From Asterionella formosa (lineage: Eukaryota), in contig NKIB01015337.1 in the NCBI GenBank assembly GCA_002256025.1, positions 1 through 36,485 on the forward strand: 36,485 bases of DNA, written 5' to 3'. Of the stretch, positions 22,072 through 32,898 are shown piece by piece (the stretch's first letter is position 1; every line of letters starts with the position of its first letter). The notes below the pieces were generated by a model. That model was given only the letters and a program-made list of their open reading frames with translations, was not told where the DNA came from and did no database searches. The translations under genes and the position numbers were made by a program.

Positions 22072-22143
22072 TCCATCAACACCACTGCACCATCATCCTC
22101 ATCCATCAGCCACTGTACCATCTTCCTCGTCCATCAGCTACTG
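22072..22143. repeat. About 28-bp tandem repeat, about 2.5 copies
   Basis: TCCATCAACACCACTGCACCATCATCCTCA / TCCATCAGCCACTGTACCATCTTCCTCG / TCCATCAGCTACTG. Confidence 0.75.
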
Positions 22144-22189
22144 CCCTCCCACAACAGGCACATCAAGAGGTCAAATTGGATATTGAGAA

Positions 22190-22816
22190 TCTTTTCTCAA
22201 TGGCAACAAGTCTCCAACTATCTTGCCACCAAGTTCTGTTGGGTTGTGGCAAGCAGTGCATCGCCTTTGCACTTGTATCAAGTCACTATTATTTTCAGTT
22301 CCACTACATTGTAGCTTCCAGCCAGTCTCCTTTCCAGTCTCTCTGATGGCCTGTACCTTCTGTAACAATTCAAAAAACTATTGATTTAATTTCTGCTCCT
22401 TGTTTTGTTCCCGGATATTCTTGCTAGCATTTAATTTGCAGCATGTGCTCAAAAAGCGGTCGGTGGTCCTAGCAAGACAAAAGAGTTTCCAACAGCAAAG
22501 TGAAGTCCTGTTGTCATTTGTTTCAGTCCGCCCATTATTTGCTATCAAACTTAACACCTTTTTTCGCCTTGACATTCAGCCCATTCCGCTTCACAAATCC
22601 TCGCCAGTAACCCTTTCCCAAATCCTTTGCCATCCCTGAATGAAATACAATGCTAATGACATCAACTTTAATCATTTGCCATTATTGACTTTCCGATTAC
22701 AAGTGAATTTGCTAGGTGTAGTCGTTCCTTGGCATGTCATGGGCAAACGCATTTTGCATAACTGATCAATGAACTAAACAATATAAGCAAGGTTCCACTT
22801 CAAGCATAAGTGACAC
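22190..22816 (-). mobile_element. Decayed, internally deleted pogo/Tc5-like (CENP-B HTH) DNA transposase remnant
   Basis: Manual translation across frameshifts gives SLMLEVEP...FIDQLCKMRLPMTCQ..LHLANSLVIG...DLGKGYWRGFVKRNGLNVKAKKGVKFDSK*, then almost directly LLQKVQAIRE...YNVVELKIIVT*YKCKGDALL...LETC. The G.YWRGF.KRN helix resembles the CENP-B/Tc5 HTH. Family assignment is from recall. No DDE core is seen. Confidence 0.6.
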
Positions 22817-24315
22817 TACAAAGGGGGGGAGTTGAACCCCGAGAATTTTTCAAGAAGCAGGCTGAGGTATTTGCAGCAACAAAGGGTTTCAAGAAGGTAT
22901 TACTTGAAGAAGGAGTTCTTCCAAGTTGGGCAGAGAAAGAAGATTTGACAAAAGAAGAGATGGAGTTGGCGAGACAAGATTATGAAGCAAAGCATTATCT
23001 TATTATGTCGTGCAGAGGCGACGCTTTTGCAATCATTGAATCATATGAAACAGCCTACCAACTGTTTCAAGCTCTCAAGGCCTGGTAGGACTCAAAGAAG
23101 ACAACAACAAAAATTAAAAAAATTTACATGAAATCAGACATTGATAATCCCTACCTTTGGATTGTCGAAATTGAATGATTGAACAGAGAAGTGGAAAAGT
23201 GCGAAAATGGATTAAGACGCAGCGAAGAGCAAATGCAAGCAAGACCATATTAGCAAGACTACCAAAACGAAGGTATGAATCAGTGATTACATCTCTAAAT
23301 GGAAAGATTGGTACAAAAGGATTTGACAATAAGGACTTCATTGCTGAGATCATTGGCCATTATGAGATGTTTATGGAGCCATTCAAAAATCGTCAAAATC
23401 GTCAAAATCGCGAAAAATAAGATCAAAGAGAGAACTGGGAAAGAGGAAAGCATCTGGCTCTTAATAATACAAGTGGAAAAGGCGCAAGGAGAGCCTTTAA
23501 AGTTAAATGCAACAAGTGTGGAAGACAAGCAAGGCCATAGAGCAAGAGACAGCAGAAACAATGGCAATGGCAACAGCAACAACAGTGGAGAGAAAGACAA
23601 TGAAAAACCGAAGGTGAAGTGCTACAACTGCAGTGGATTTGGACATATTGCAAGAGATTGTCCAAAGAAGGAAGAGTCTGGCATGTCTGTTGGTATAACA
23701 ATCCATGGAGCTGATATCTGGGAGGATGACATCAAGAAGAATCAAGAAGCTAAAACAGAGTATTTTGACACAAATAAATTTGAAATTGAACTTTTGCAAG
23801 AAATTGTAGACTATAACAAGAAGAAGAGAAGTGTCTTGAATGACATAAGAGAATTTACGTGGAAACCCAAGAAGAAAAAAAAAGATCCAACAAACAAGTG
23901 AGAAGCCAAAATAAGAAATTAGAGAAAAAGACCATGAGCTGGGCTGATATGTGTGAGACAATTGATGAGGAAGAATATGACAATGTCACCAAAAATGAGA
24001 ACAGAATTGTTGATGAGAAAGAAATTTACCAGATGGACAAAACAAGCAAGCCATGGAGTAGAATGGATGTGGGATGAGGAAGTTTTTGATACAAATTCAC
24101 GGAAAACCATAAGCCCTGTCACAGAGAGTGGACATGAAAGCTGGCTTGTTGACTCAGGGGCTACAACCCATGTGTCCATCAACACTATAAAAATGAGTAA
24201 TTTTCAGACTGCAACTGAAGTGAATGGGTTGGAAACAATGAAACCCTTAAGGCAACAGCGATTGGTAACTCTGGAGCATAGTAAGGACACTAGGAAAACA
24301 TTGAAATTGGAAAAA

Positions 24316-24403
24316 GTGATGGCTGTTCCTGGTTTTTCTCGAAATTCGACTAGTGTTGGGTGATGGCTGTTCCTGGTTTTTCTCGAAATTCGACAAGTGT
24401 TGG
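24316..24403 (+). repeat. 44-bp tandem duplication inside copia pol
   Basis: GTGATGGCTGTTCCTGGTTTTTCTCGAAATTCGACWAGTGTTGG occurs twice (24316-24359, 24360-24403) with one mismatch. Confidence 0.95.
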
Positions 24404-27400
24404 CAGGTTGAGAGAGAAAGGAAACGAATTTGTGGCTGGAAAAGAATGATCCAAGAAGATATTTAATGAGTCTGGTGACTGGTATCATGAGTTTTGAGAC
24501 AGGAACCGATGGTATGGCTTATCTGATTGCACAGCGTGTTGCTGGGCGGAGCAAAAGAGGTCTACAATATTTAATAAATGAAAAATAATTATGGAATGAT
24601 TAAGAAACAGAAGAGAGAATTAATGGACATTAATGAGGCACACAGAAAATTTGGGCATGCAACTGAAAAAGTGGTGCGAAAAATGCTGCAATCATGGAAA
24701 AATGTTGGTGTGTGATGGCTGTGCATGCTGAGCAAAAGCTACCCAGAAAAGAACAAACAAGGTGACTACAGTGGTAGCAGAAAAACCTGGCAAGAGAATC
24801 TATATGGATAGAACAAAACAAGGAAGTCATGGGATTTTTATGGAGCAAGAAAAAATGGCATAACAAAGGTACTGAGCAAAGGAAATTTTGGACAATTTGA
24901 AGGCTGCTGGGACGAAGCCAGTAAAATATCTACCACAGTGTGAGAATGCGGGCGAGCTTACAGACGCAGTATGTTTGAATTACAAAAATATGTGAAAAAG
25001 GAATATGGAATTCATTTGGAGTACACAGCACAATGGAGTGGTTGAAAGGATGTTTTCACGTGACGCAAAGCTTGTGCTGGCAATAATGATATCTGCTGCA
25101 TGGACCAACAAGATGCAAGCTAAATTATGGGCTGAAGCGCGAGACAAAAACAGCAGCAATAGCTACAAGGAAATGCCCTTCCAAAGCAATACCCGAAGTA
25201 CAGTACCACCTGATGAGTTATTCTATGGAAAACCAAGTGACATCTACACACACTTGATTGAGTTTGGAAGAGTTGGCAATGTTACAAACAGGTCCACAAT
25301 GAAAGTGAAGTTCAGAGTGTGTCTGTTATGCTGTTGATGTCAGGAGGTGCCTGAAGACTAGATGTAGTCTGCTGAGAAATGTCTAAACGGAAATGGACAG
25401 GATTTATATAGCAAAACAATTTGCAGATGAGCGGCGCAAGAAAGGCGCCATATATTTCAACATGGTAGAAAAAGCAAATCCCATGTTGATGATTGGCTAT
25501 GGTGAGAACCATGCCAGGCAGGGATGTGTATCGTATGTACAATCCACCACCCTTGCTGAGTTGATTTTGGAAGAGCCAGAGCCTCCAGAAGTGATTGAAG
25601 AACCTGATGAGGACAGTCCTCCTGTCCATTCTACATTCCCCACATATGAGGATGAATTAGCAGAATTCACAGCAAACCTGGATTTTCCATTGTCTGGAGC
25701 AGAAAGGATGTAATATGAGGAGGAAAAGAAAACTTTTGAAGAAAAAGGCTCAAGAATTGAGCAAGAAAAATCTGATGAAACACAGAGGACGATGAAGATG
25801 AGTCAAATTCGACGCAGACAGACGACAGTGATGATGATGACTTGGAAAAACTTTATCAAATGCTCCAGAAATGGCTCCAGAAATGGAGACGTAGCTATGG
25901 AGCAGATGATGATGCCGTGGAAACTGGTGAGCAAGAGAGCTGAGAGACCACAACACAATTCGACAAGGTTGAAAAATGAAATGAAACGGCTGGGAATTGA
26001 AGTGCCAATAATGATTGAAGATGATGAAATTGGAATAAGAACACGCAGTAAGACGGATCTAGTGGCATTCAATGCAAAACTAGTGTCAGATCCTTGAGAA
26101 CCTAAGACATTTCGGAAAGCCATGGATGGTAAAAACCGTGACAAGTGGGAACCATCAGCAAGAGCAGAAATCAATATCTTTTTTATCAAGAGATGCATGG
26201 CATAAGTTTCCAAGAGAAAATTTGAAGGACCGTAAGCCCATACCCCCCGTGAAATGCATATTCAAGGTTAAGGAGGAGGAACAAGATAGTGCTAAAAGAT
26301 TCAAGAGCAGTATTGTACTGAAGGGATATGTGATGGTCCCAGGAGTGGACTACACAGAATCTTTTTCGCCGGTCGCAACAGGCACAACAGTCAGGACAGC
26401 AATTGCTATGGCTTTATATCGCCAGAATGATGAATAATGGAAAATTGAGATGATAGACATCGAAGCAGCATTCTTAAATGCAAAACTTGAATCAGACAGG
26501 CCATTGTATGCAGAATGGACAGAAGGCATGGTGGAACTCGGATTTATCACAGAAGAAGAAAAGAAGGAGTTTTGCATCAAGCTGACAAGAGCCATGTATG
26601 GTGGAGTCGATGTCCCAAGACTTTTTACGAAGAATTGTGCAAATACTTAACGAAGGAAATGAAGATGACTCAGGGCTTGGTGGATCCATGTTTATATTAC
26701 TGGAAGAGTTAAGTAGATGAAGTCATTCTGATGGCTGGTGGTTGTGGTGCATGTTGATGACGTTTTATTTATCGGAACAAAGACAACAATTGAAAAGTTC
26801 AAGTTGGAATTGCAGAAGAGGTTTAATATTTCGGATTTGGGAAGATTGAAGAAGCATCTTGGCATATTTTATGAATGGAAAACTGATAAAAATGGTGAAA
26901 TCTACATTGTGGCTAGTATGACAAAATTGGAGGATGAAATTGTTGAGTCATTCGAACATATAATTGGGAAGAAGCAATGCTAAGGAGACATAGACACCAG
27001 GATATCCAAACAAGTTTCTCAGGAAGAATCAAGGAGAACCAGTAAAAATGACGGAATATCGTTCTACTGCTATGGTTGGAAAAGTAATGCATTTGAAGAC
27101 AACGTTGGCACCAGATTTGGCAAACCTTTACAAGAGTTGGCACAACATCTGTCAATCCCAGGCGAGGAGCACTGGAAAGCACTTGAAAGAATGGTTGGAC
27201 ACATTAAAGCAAGAAACTATGATGGGTTGACATATCGGAGCCCAATGGAGCTGAGGCCTATATTGTTTGTGGACTCAGACTATGCAAAGAATATTGATGA
27301 CAGGAAGAGTGTTTTGTCTGGTATACATACAATCGGTGGTACTTTGGTGCGTGAACTGGGAGTCAAAGACACAACATGCAGTTACATTGTCAAGCACAGA

Positions 27401-27764
27401 AGCGGATTATATCAGTGTGGCAAAAGGAGCATGTGAGAACAAGAAGTTCATATCCATGCTACTTGAAGAAGGGATGCAATATCCAAAAGAGGAGAAATTG
27501 GTTGGGCGTGCATACGAAGAAAATTTAGGAGCTATCTATTTGGTAAAGAACCAACATGTTGGTGCACGGACAAAGCATATTGATGTCCGGGCACATTTCA
27601 TCCGAGAACTTGAAGATCAAGGATATTTGATGGTACATTTTGTACAATTGGAAGAGAACTCAGTTGACATCTAGTAAGCAAGAACTGTCGTCCAGAGGCG
27701 AGAAGTTGCACACAAAGCATGCAGCCAGGATAAGAAATGGGAATCTTGAATGTTGGAGGGAGGA

Positions 27765-28288
27765 TGTTGAGGATAAATGAGAGACTACTGTTTGCAGACA
27801 GTAGTATATCTAGCTAGTAGTAATGTGAATGACTGCATACTCTGCATGACCAACAGTCATGGTGGTGAGCCGAGGAATTCCATGGAACAAGAAGGTCCGT
27901 TCAGTAAAATATATGCGGGATTCGTAAATGGAATAGCAATTCCTACAGATCAAGTCCAACATGCAAGATTAACTCGTAAGACTGACACAATTGGAGTTGC
28001 AAATCGTATGAAGTCGACCAATGAGAGAGAGTGGATTGAGGTGAAGAACAAATCCAAGAAAGTAAGATTCATGAAACAAGATCAATTTGGTAAGAACAAG
28101 TAATTTGGCAGAATCGATAGATTTTGGTAAGATTGATAGAAAAAGTAATCTTAAGTAATCACAACATTAAAAAAGGCAAATCTAAAAGCAGATTAAAGTG
28201 TTGTCGAAAACTAGCTAGTGGAGAACTAGTAGTACTAGACACTTGACGTGTAAGTAGTACTATCAAGGAGATCTGGAACACATCAACA
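27765..28288 (+). repeat. 3' LTR of the copia element (about 524 bp)
   Basis: Polypurine tract GGAGGGAGGA (27755-27764) is immediately followed by TGTTGA. The matching inverted end TCAACA is at 28283-28288. The right boundary cannot be confirmed without a 5' LTR. Confidence 0.7.
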
Positions 28289-28499
28289 GATACAATAACA
28301 CTTATAATAACATCACTATATATTTAGCTAAGCATGATCCTATGATGTGTATACTTTCGTCATATGTCTATCTTAACATGATCGTAATTCTAATCAAAAT
28401 CACTGTTCAAAATATGTTGAAATGAATTAAATATATTCAACCATATTTAGAAATGGTTCCATATTTCTAAATCTCATGTGGCTACAGATTGTTCTACAA

Positions 28500-31170
28500 T
28501 TCTCTCATCTCAATGTTTGCTTTCACTTCCACTTCCACTTCCACTTCCCTTCTACTCCAATTCTGAATGTTGTCGCACTGGTTGCCTTGCTTCCCCTGCT
28601 TTCCAATTACTCCAGCCGGTTCTGAGTCCTCATTCATGTTCACATTCTTTGTAAATTCGTTTTGTTTGCCTAATCATACTAACAATTAGAAAAAATTCAT
28701 GGTTAGTAGTTAGCATGTTTTGCTTACCACACAACAACATTCACTTTGATTCTATCTTCACTTACCACAAATTGAAGTAACTGATGCATATTTCTGTAAT
28801 ATCATGATTGCATGCTGAGTATCGATCAATAAATAGTCAAATGCTGTCTTTTGCAACTTCTTTGCTTACCATTCTTGTCCTGAACAAAGCAACACATATG
28901 TATCAGTTATGTTCTAAAAGGTGTGAATTGACCCAACAAAATCACACTTACCAATTTCTTTTGTCTACATTGGTGGGTTCCCACTGAATCCAAAATGAGC
29001 TACTATTGAATGACCTGAAAAGGGAAAAATCTTTCATTATTTGTTATCCCAACAATTGATCATCCTTGCATTTGACCTTCGCTCATGTGCGTACCATAGC
29101 TAGCTATATTCCGTTCACTTCTCCATATCCAATCCTTCTTACTAGCCGCAAGGTGTATCATTGCTTGTCCTGTATCTTCACTCCAATTTTCATCGTCATG
29201 TGGATGATTTGATGATCTATCCTTTCAGGAAGTGCATGCATGAAAAGGAAAATGCAAACATGATTTCAAAGGTATGAGCTATGCATACATTTATAAAATT
29301 TTTTAAATGTATACATATATACTTTGCAGTTGAACATTTGCATAGTAGTAGTTCAAAGACACTCCTTATATGGCACATCTTGTGTATACTATCACCAATT
29401 TAACTTATACATGGTAGATGTGTTATTGAGACATTCGAGGTGGATGGGAGCAGTAGTGAACTGGAGCTGAAGCGGCAGCAGCCGGAGGTGCGCAGTACTA
29501 GAAGACATCAAAATAAATTTTAATATCAACAATAGGATTTTCAATTGGAGTTGAAATTGCAACTGAACTGCTCACATCAGGAGGAACAAGTGCAATATCG
29601 GAAGTATATATATCGGGAATTTCAAGCTGGTCCTCGGCGTCTTCAAACTTCTCGAAAACTGCAATCCTTGCTTGATGCTGCATTTCCTTTGATGGCAGCT
29701 GGTACCTGTTTTATAATTTCAGCCGATCCATACCTGGATTTATCAAGAATGATTTTTGTAGGTAAAGAAACACTAGAATTGACAAGGGAAGAAATCATAA
29801 TCTTCCTCTTCCCATGGGCAGCAGTGCAACGAGTAGGATTTTTCATACCTAAAGCTGTAACTAAGTCAACGCAAAGCCTAGTAGTAGCCTAGTAGTAGCA
29901 TAGCCTTTACCAAAGTAGTAGTCTCCCTTCTTGTCTCCTGCCTTGTATGTTAGTCATAGTAGCTTGAGTCGGTTCTTAGTACCAAGTATACAAGAAGCAT
30001 TATAGAAAGAGATGCACATGAGTAAGAACATATGTAGGATTGCATAACAAATTACCGTACCTGGGGATGGTACCAGCAGTACACAAGTATTGTAGAAATA
30101 CATTCCTTGATCTCCTTCTCAGGAGCAGCATGTCGCTGAAAGAACAACGGTTGGTTGATAGTCTACTAGCTAGTTACCATCTCGGGTGAACAGAGGGTAG
30201 TGATGTATGAGTTTCACTATCATGCATGTAGAGTTGCCAGTATCCTCAATCATGCTACATTACTGTAGACCTTGCTTGGTACTTCCGCTCAGGATGTTGC
30301 AATGTCAGGGCCTTTTTTTATGTCACTTGGCTGGATATGGCATGATGACAGTTCGCAGTCCGTCCAAGAAACCGACTGTCACCTTGTTGAAAGTCAAATC
30401 GCACATTTCAATTGAACCTCTAACACTGAACGCTTTGCCCATTTTCCATAGTATCATGGACTTGAGTCCTCAATCTTCACAATTCAGGTAAGGCTGCAAT
30501 GCAAGGCCATGGGCTTGTGACCGCATTCCTCCAATGGACAGTGCTTGGCAGCAATTGCCATATTTTTAAAAGCTTGTATCTCAGCCCCACAAGAAGTATG
30601 GTATGCATTGACAGGAGAAGCAGCAGAAAGGATCTTCCAGTTTGGTTTGGGCGGTGTTCAGTTGGGACATTGGTGATGCAATGGTTCCGTCAGAAGCACT
30701 TGTGAGGATGAGGTGTGATTTTTTTGAAGAATTTGGTTGCAAACCATCACAGGACAGCAGCGTTGAGGATGTCTTGCTTTTGTGACGTTAATTCATAACC
30801 CACCTCATAGTAGATAGAATCGAAAGATTGGCTGGTTTCCATTGATGAGATCCAGTTCCATAGAAGCAAGCAACAAGCCCAAGCAAGGTTGGATTTTTGG
30901 AAAGAGTTTCAAAGAATCTGACTTCAATGACAATGTCAAGTCCTTGGTGTATTTGCTTGTGTTGTGCGACAGATTTCTAATAGCATTTATTTGTGTTGTA
31001 GAACCAAAAACAGAATTGCTGGATCGAAGCAATGGCATTGGCATAGTCTTCAGCAGTTGCATAAAATTGACAATTCGGTCAGCATGGAAGCATACAACAA
31101 TCAACAATGTACCCAAGCCTCTTTTTCCTTTCTAGTGCACACAATGACAGTGCAGCACGCCAGATATCAT
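28500..31170 (-). pseudogene. Decayed multi-exon pseudogene or TE-borne gene of unknown family
   Basis: Minus-strand exon-like blocks, several bounded by AG / GTA signals: RKKRLGYIVD...PC*PNCQFYATAEDYANAIASIQQFCFWF (about 30790-31130), RHAAPEKEIKECISTILVYCWYHPQ (about 30061-30135), PWEEEDYDFFPCQF*CFF (about 29734-29815), YQLPSKEMQHQARIAVFEKFEDAEDQ (about 29600-29705). Several further GTAAG donors lie at 28720-28955. Boundaries are approximate. Confidence 0.4.
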
Positions 31171-32503
31171 CTTGCTCTTTTCGCTTAGCGGTTTTTGACA
31201 CTGCTCTTTGATAAAAATGACGGCTGCAACTAGCTAGTTCCTGTTGCTTGTCATTGTTGAATATTCAGTATTTTATAGCTAATTATAATAACATTGAATT
31301 AAAACAGCGCAAATATGATATATATTTTAGATCAGCTTAAAAAGCACAATCAAACTTGCTTCCGAGACATCATATCTGATATTCAAGTAGAAAGCATACT
31401 GAAAAATAATTTCTGAATAAAAACTGAACATAATGCCTGAAAATAGTAGCACCAAAAATGTGACAACAATGGCGCAAAATTGACGCCTTACCAGCGCAAC
31501 CCATGAATCTTGGTTCCCAAAAATTCAATCAATGATTTTATTGACAAGCCATCATTTGAATTGTCAGTATTCAGCAGGTCGGATGATGAATGATGGGACT
31601 TTTGGAGATCAATTGAATTAGGAATAGCAATTTTGGTGTCACCACGCACGACGAAGTAGGTACAATATCATGACATGAATCCCACAAGAAGAAGAGTCAT
31701 CCAACAATCAACAACCAAAAACCACATCCGTTTGAAGAGTGATTTCCAACTGGCATGGAAATGACGAAGAAATTTTGCTTCAAATTGGGCATGATGGTTG
31801 ATGATTGACTTTGTCAAAGTTGTATTTCCACCCCCCCCCTCACATTTTAGGAAACAAACAAAATCGATTTTTATTACAACAGATTGGTGAATAATAGATA
31901 TGTTATAATCAAATCGCTCTGTAGAGTATAGAAAATGGTTTCCTTATTTAAAGTAGACCCCTTGCCAATTTCAGCAATCCCAGGGCTGGAAAACTGAGGG
32001 GCAATTGGCTTAAATTGTATAGCCAAATTCTACTAACATATGAAATAGACAAAATAAGATATTTTAATGATGGGACCCATTTCCGACTTTGATTTGAAGA
32101 TAGGGAATATTCAAAATATTTTCTATATGATGGGCAATATCCAGCTAGAAATGGTATTTATGCTCAATGATTGGGCAGTAGGTAAGTGAAGAATGGCACG
32201 ACGATAGCTACTTAGTGAATTGCTGGAATAATATACTGCTACATATTTATCCCTTCTCGGTGCCCACATGCCTTCCTGTATACATGTGTAATTGCAGGCA
32301 TGAGACCTCCACGGGCGAGTATTGCCTTCAGCAAAACATGGTGTTGTTGGATACTTAGCAACGTGTATTGCTGTATCGCTCGCTGGCTTGCAACGACATA
32401 CCGGTAATCGAGTTCACTATGTAAAAGAATGGAGACCAGGTATCGTAGCAGTCAATCCATGTGGGACAGCTTGAACAGATACAACTATGACCAAACTTAA
32501 GTG

Positions 32504-32624
32504 CCAGGTACCTGGTACCTGGTACCAGTTACCGCTAATGATTAACAGGGTAACTGATACCTGGTATATACCGGCAGCTGTTACCAGGTACCAGATACCA
32601 GATACCTGGTACCAGGACCAGGTA
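32504..32624. repeat. (TACCWGG)n array upstream of the 962-aa gene
   Basis: CCAGGTACCTGGTACCTGGTACCA (32504-32527) and TACCAGGTACCAGATACCAGATACCTGGTACCAGGACCAGGTA (32582-32624). Confidence 0.85.
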
Positions 32625-32898
32625 GCGTAACATTTAACTGTGGAAGGTCCGGTAAAACGCGTTTTTACTTAGGGAAAGATATAGCTAAATCTCTCGAATA
32701 CTGGACCTTCAATGGTCGGGTTCCTATGTCTGTACCGGTCTCACAATTGTAGAGCTACAAGGAACCGTATTGCTTCTTGTTACTAATTGAACTCCACCAA
32801 CTCGCTCATACTATATATAAAAACCAAATCAAAAAAGCCTTTCCCCCTTCCAAATCGACTATTTATTGACCAACATAACATCAACCGACCGAGCGAGG

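Larger units (their letters stand above)
22820..28288 (+). mobile_element. Degenerate Ty1/copia LTR retrotransposon (CoDi-like), 5' LTR missing, many stops and frameshifts
   Basis: Copia domain order: gag Zn knuckle CYNCSGFGHIARDC (23620-23661); protease WLVDSGATTH (24142-24171); integrase HRKFGH...CDGC and QHNGVVER (about 24640-25050); RT KGYVMVPGVDYTESFSPV, DIEAAFLNA, VHVDD (about 26100-27000); RNase H FVDSDYA, LSSTEADY, RTKHIDVRAHFIRE. Pol ends CWREDVEDK*. Confidence 0.95.

Noticed and set aside
22300..22820. 5' LTR and PBS of the copia element
   Set aside because: No similarity to 27765-28288; the sequence instead translates as a transposase remnant on the other strand.
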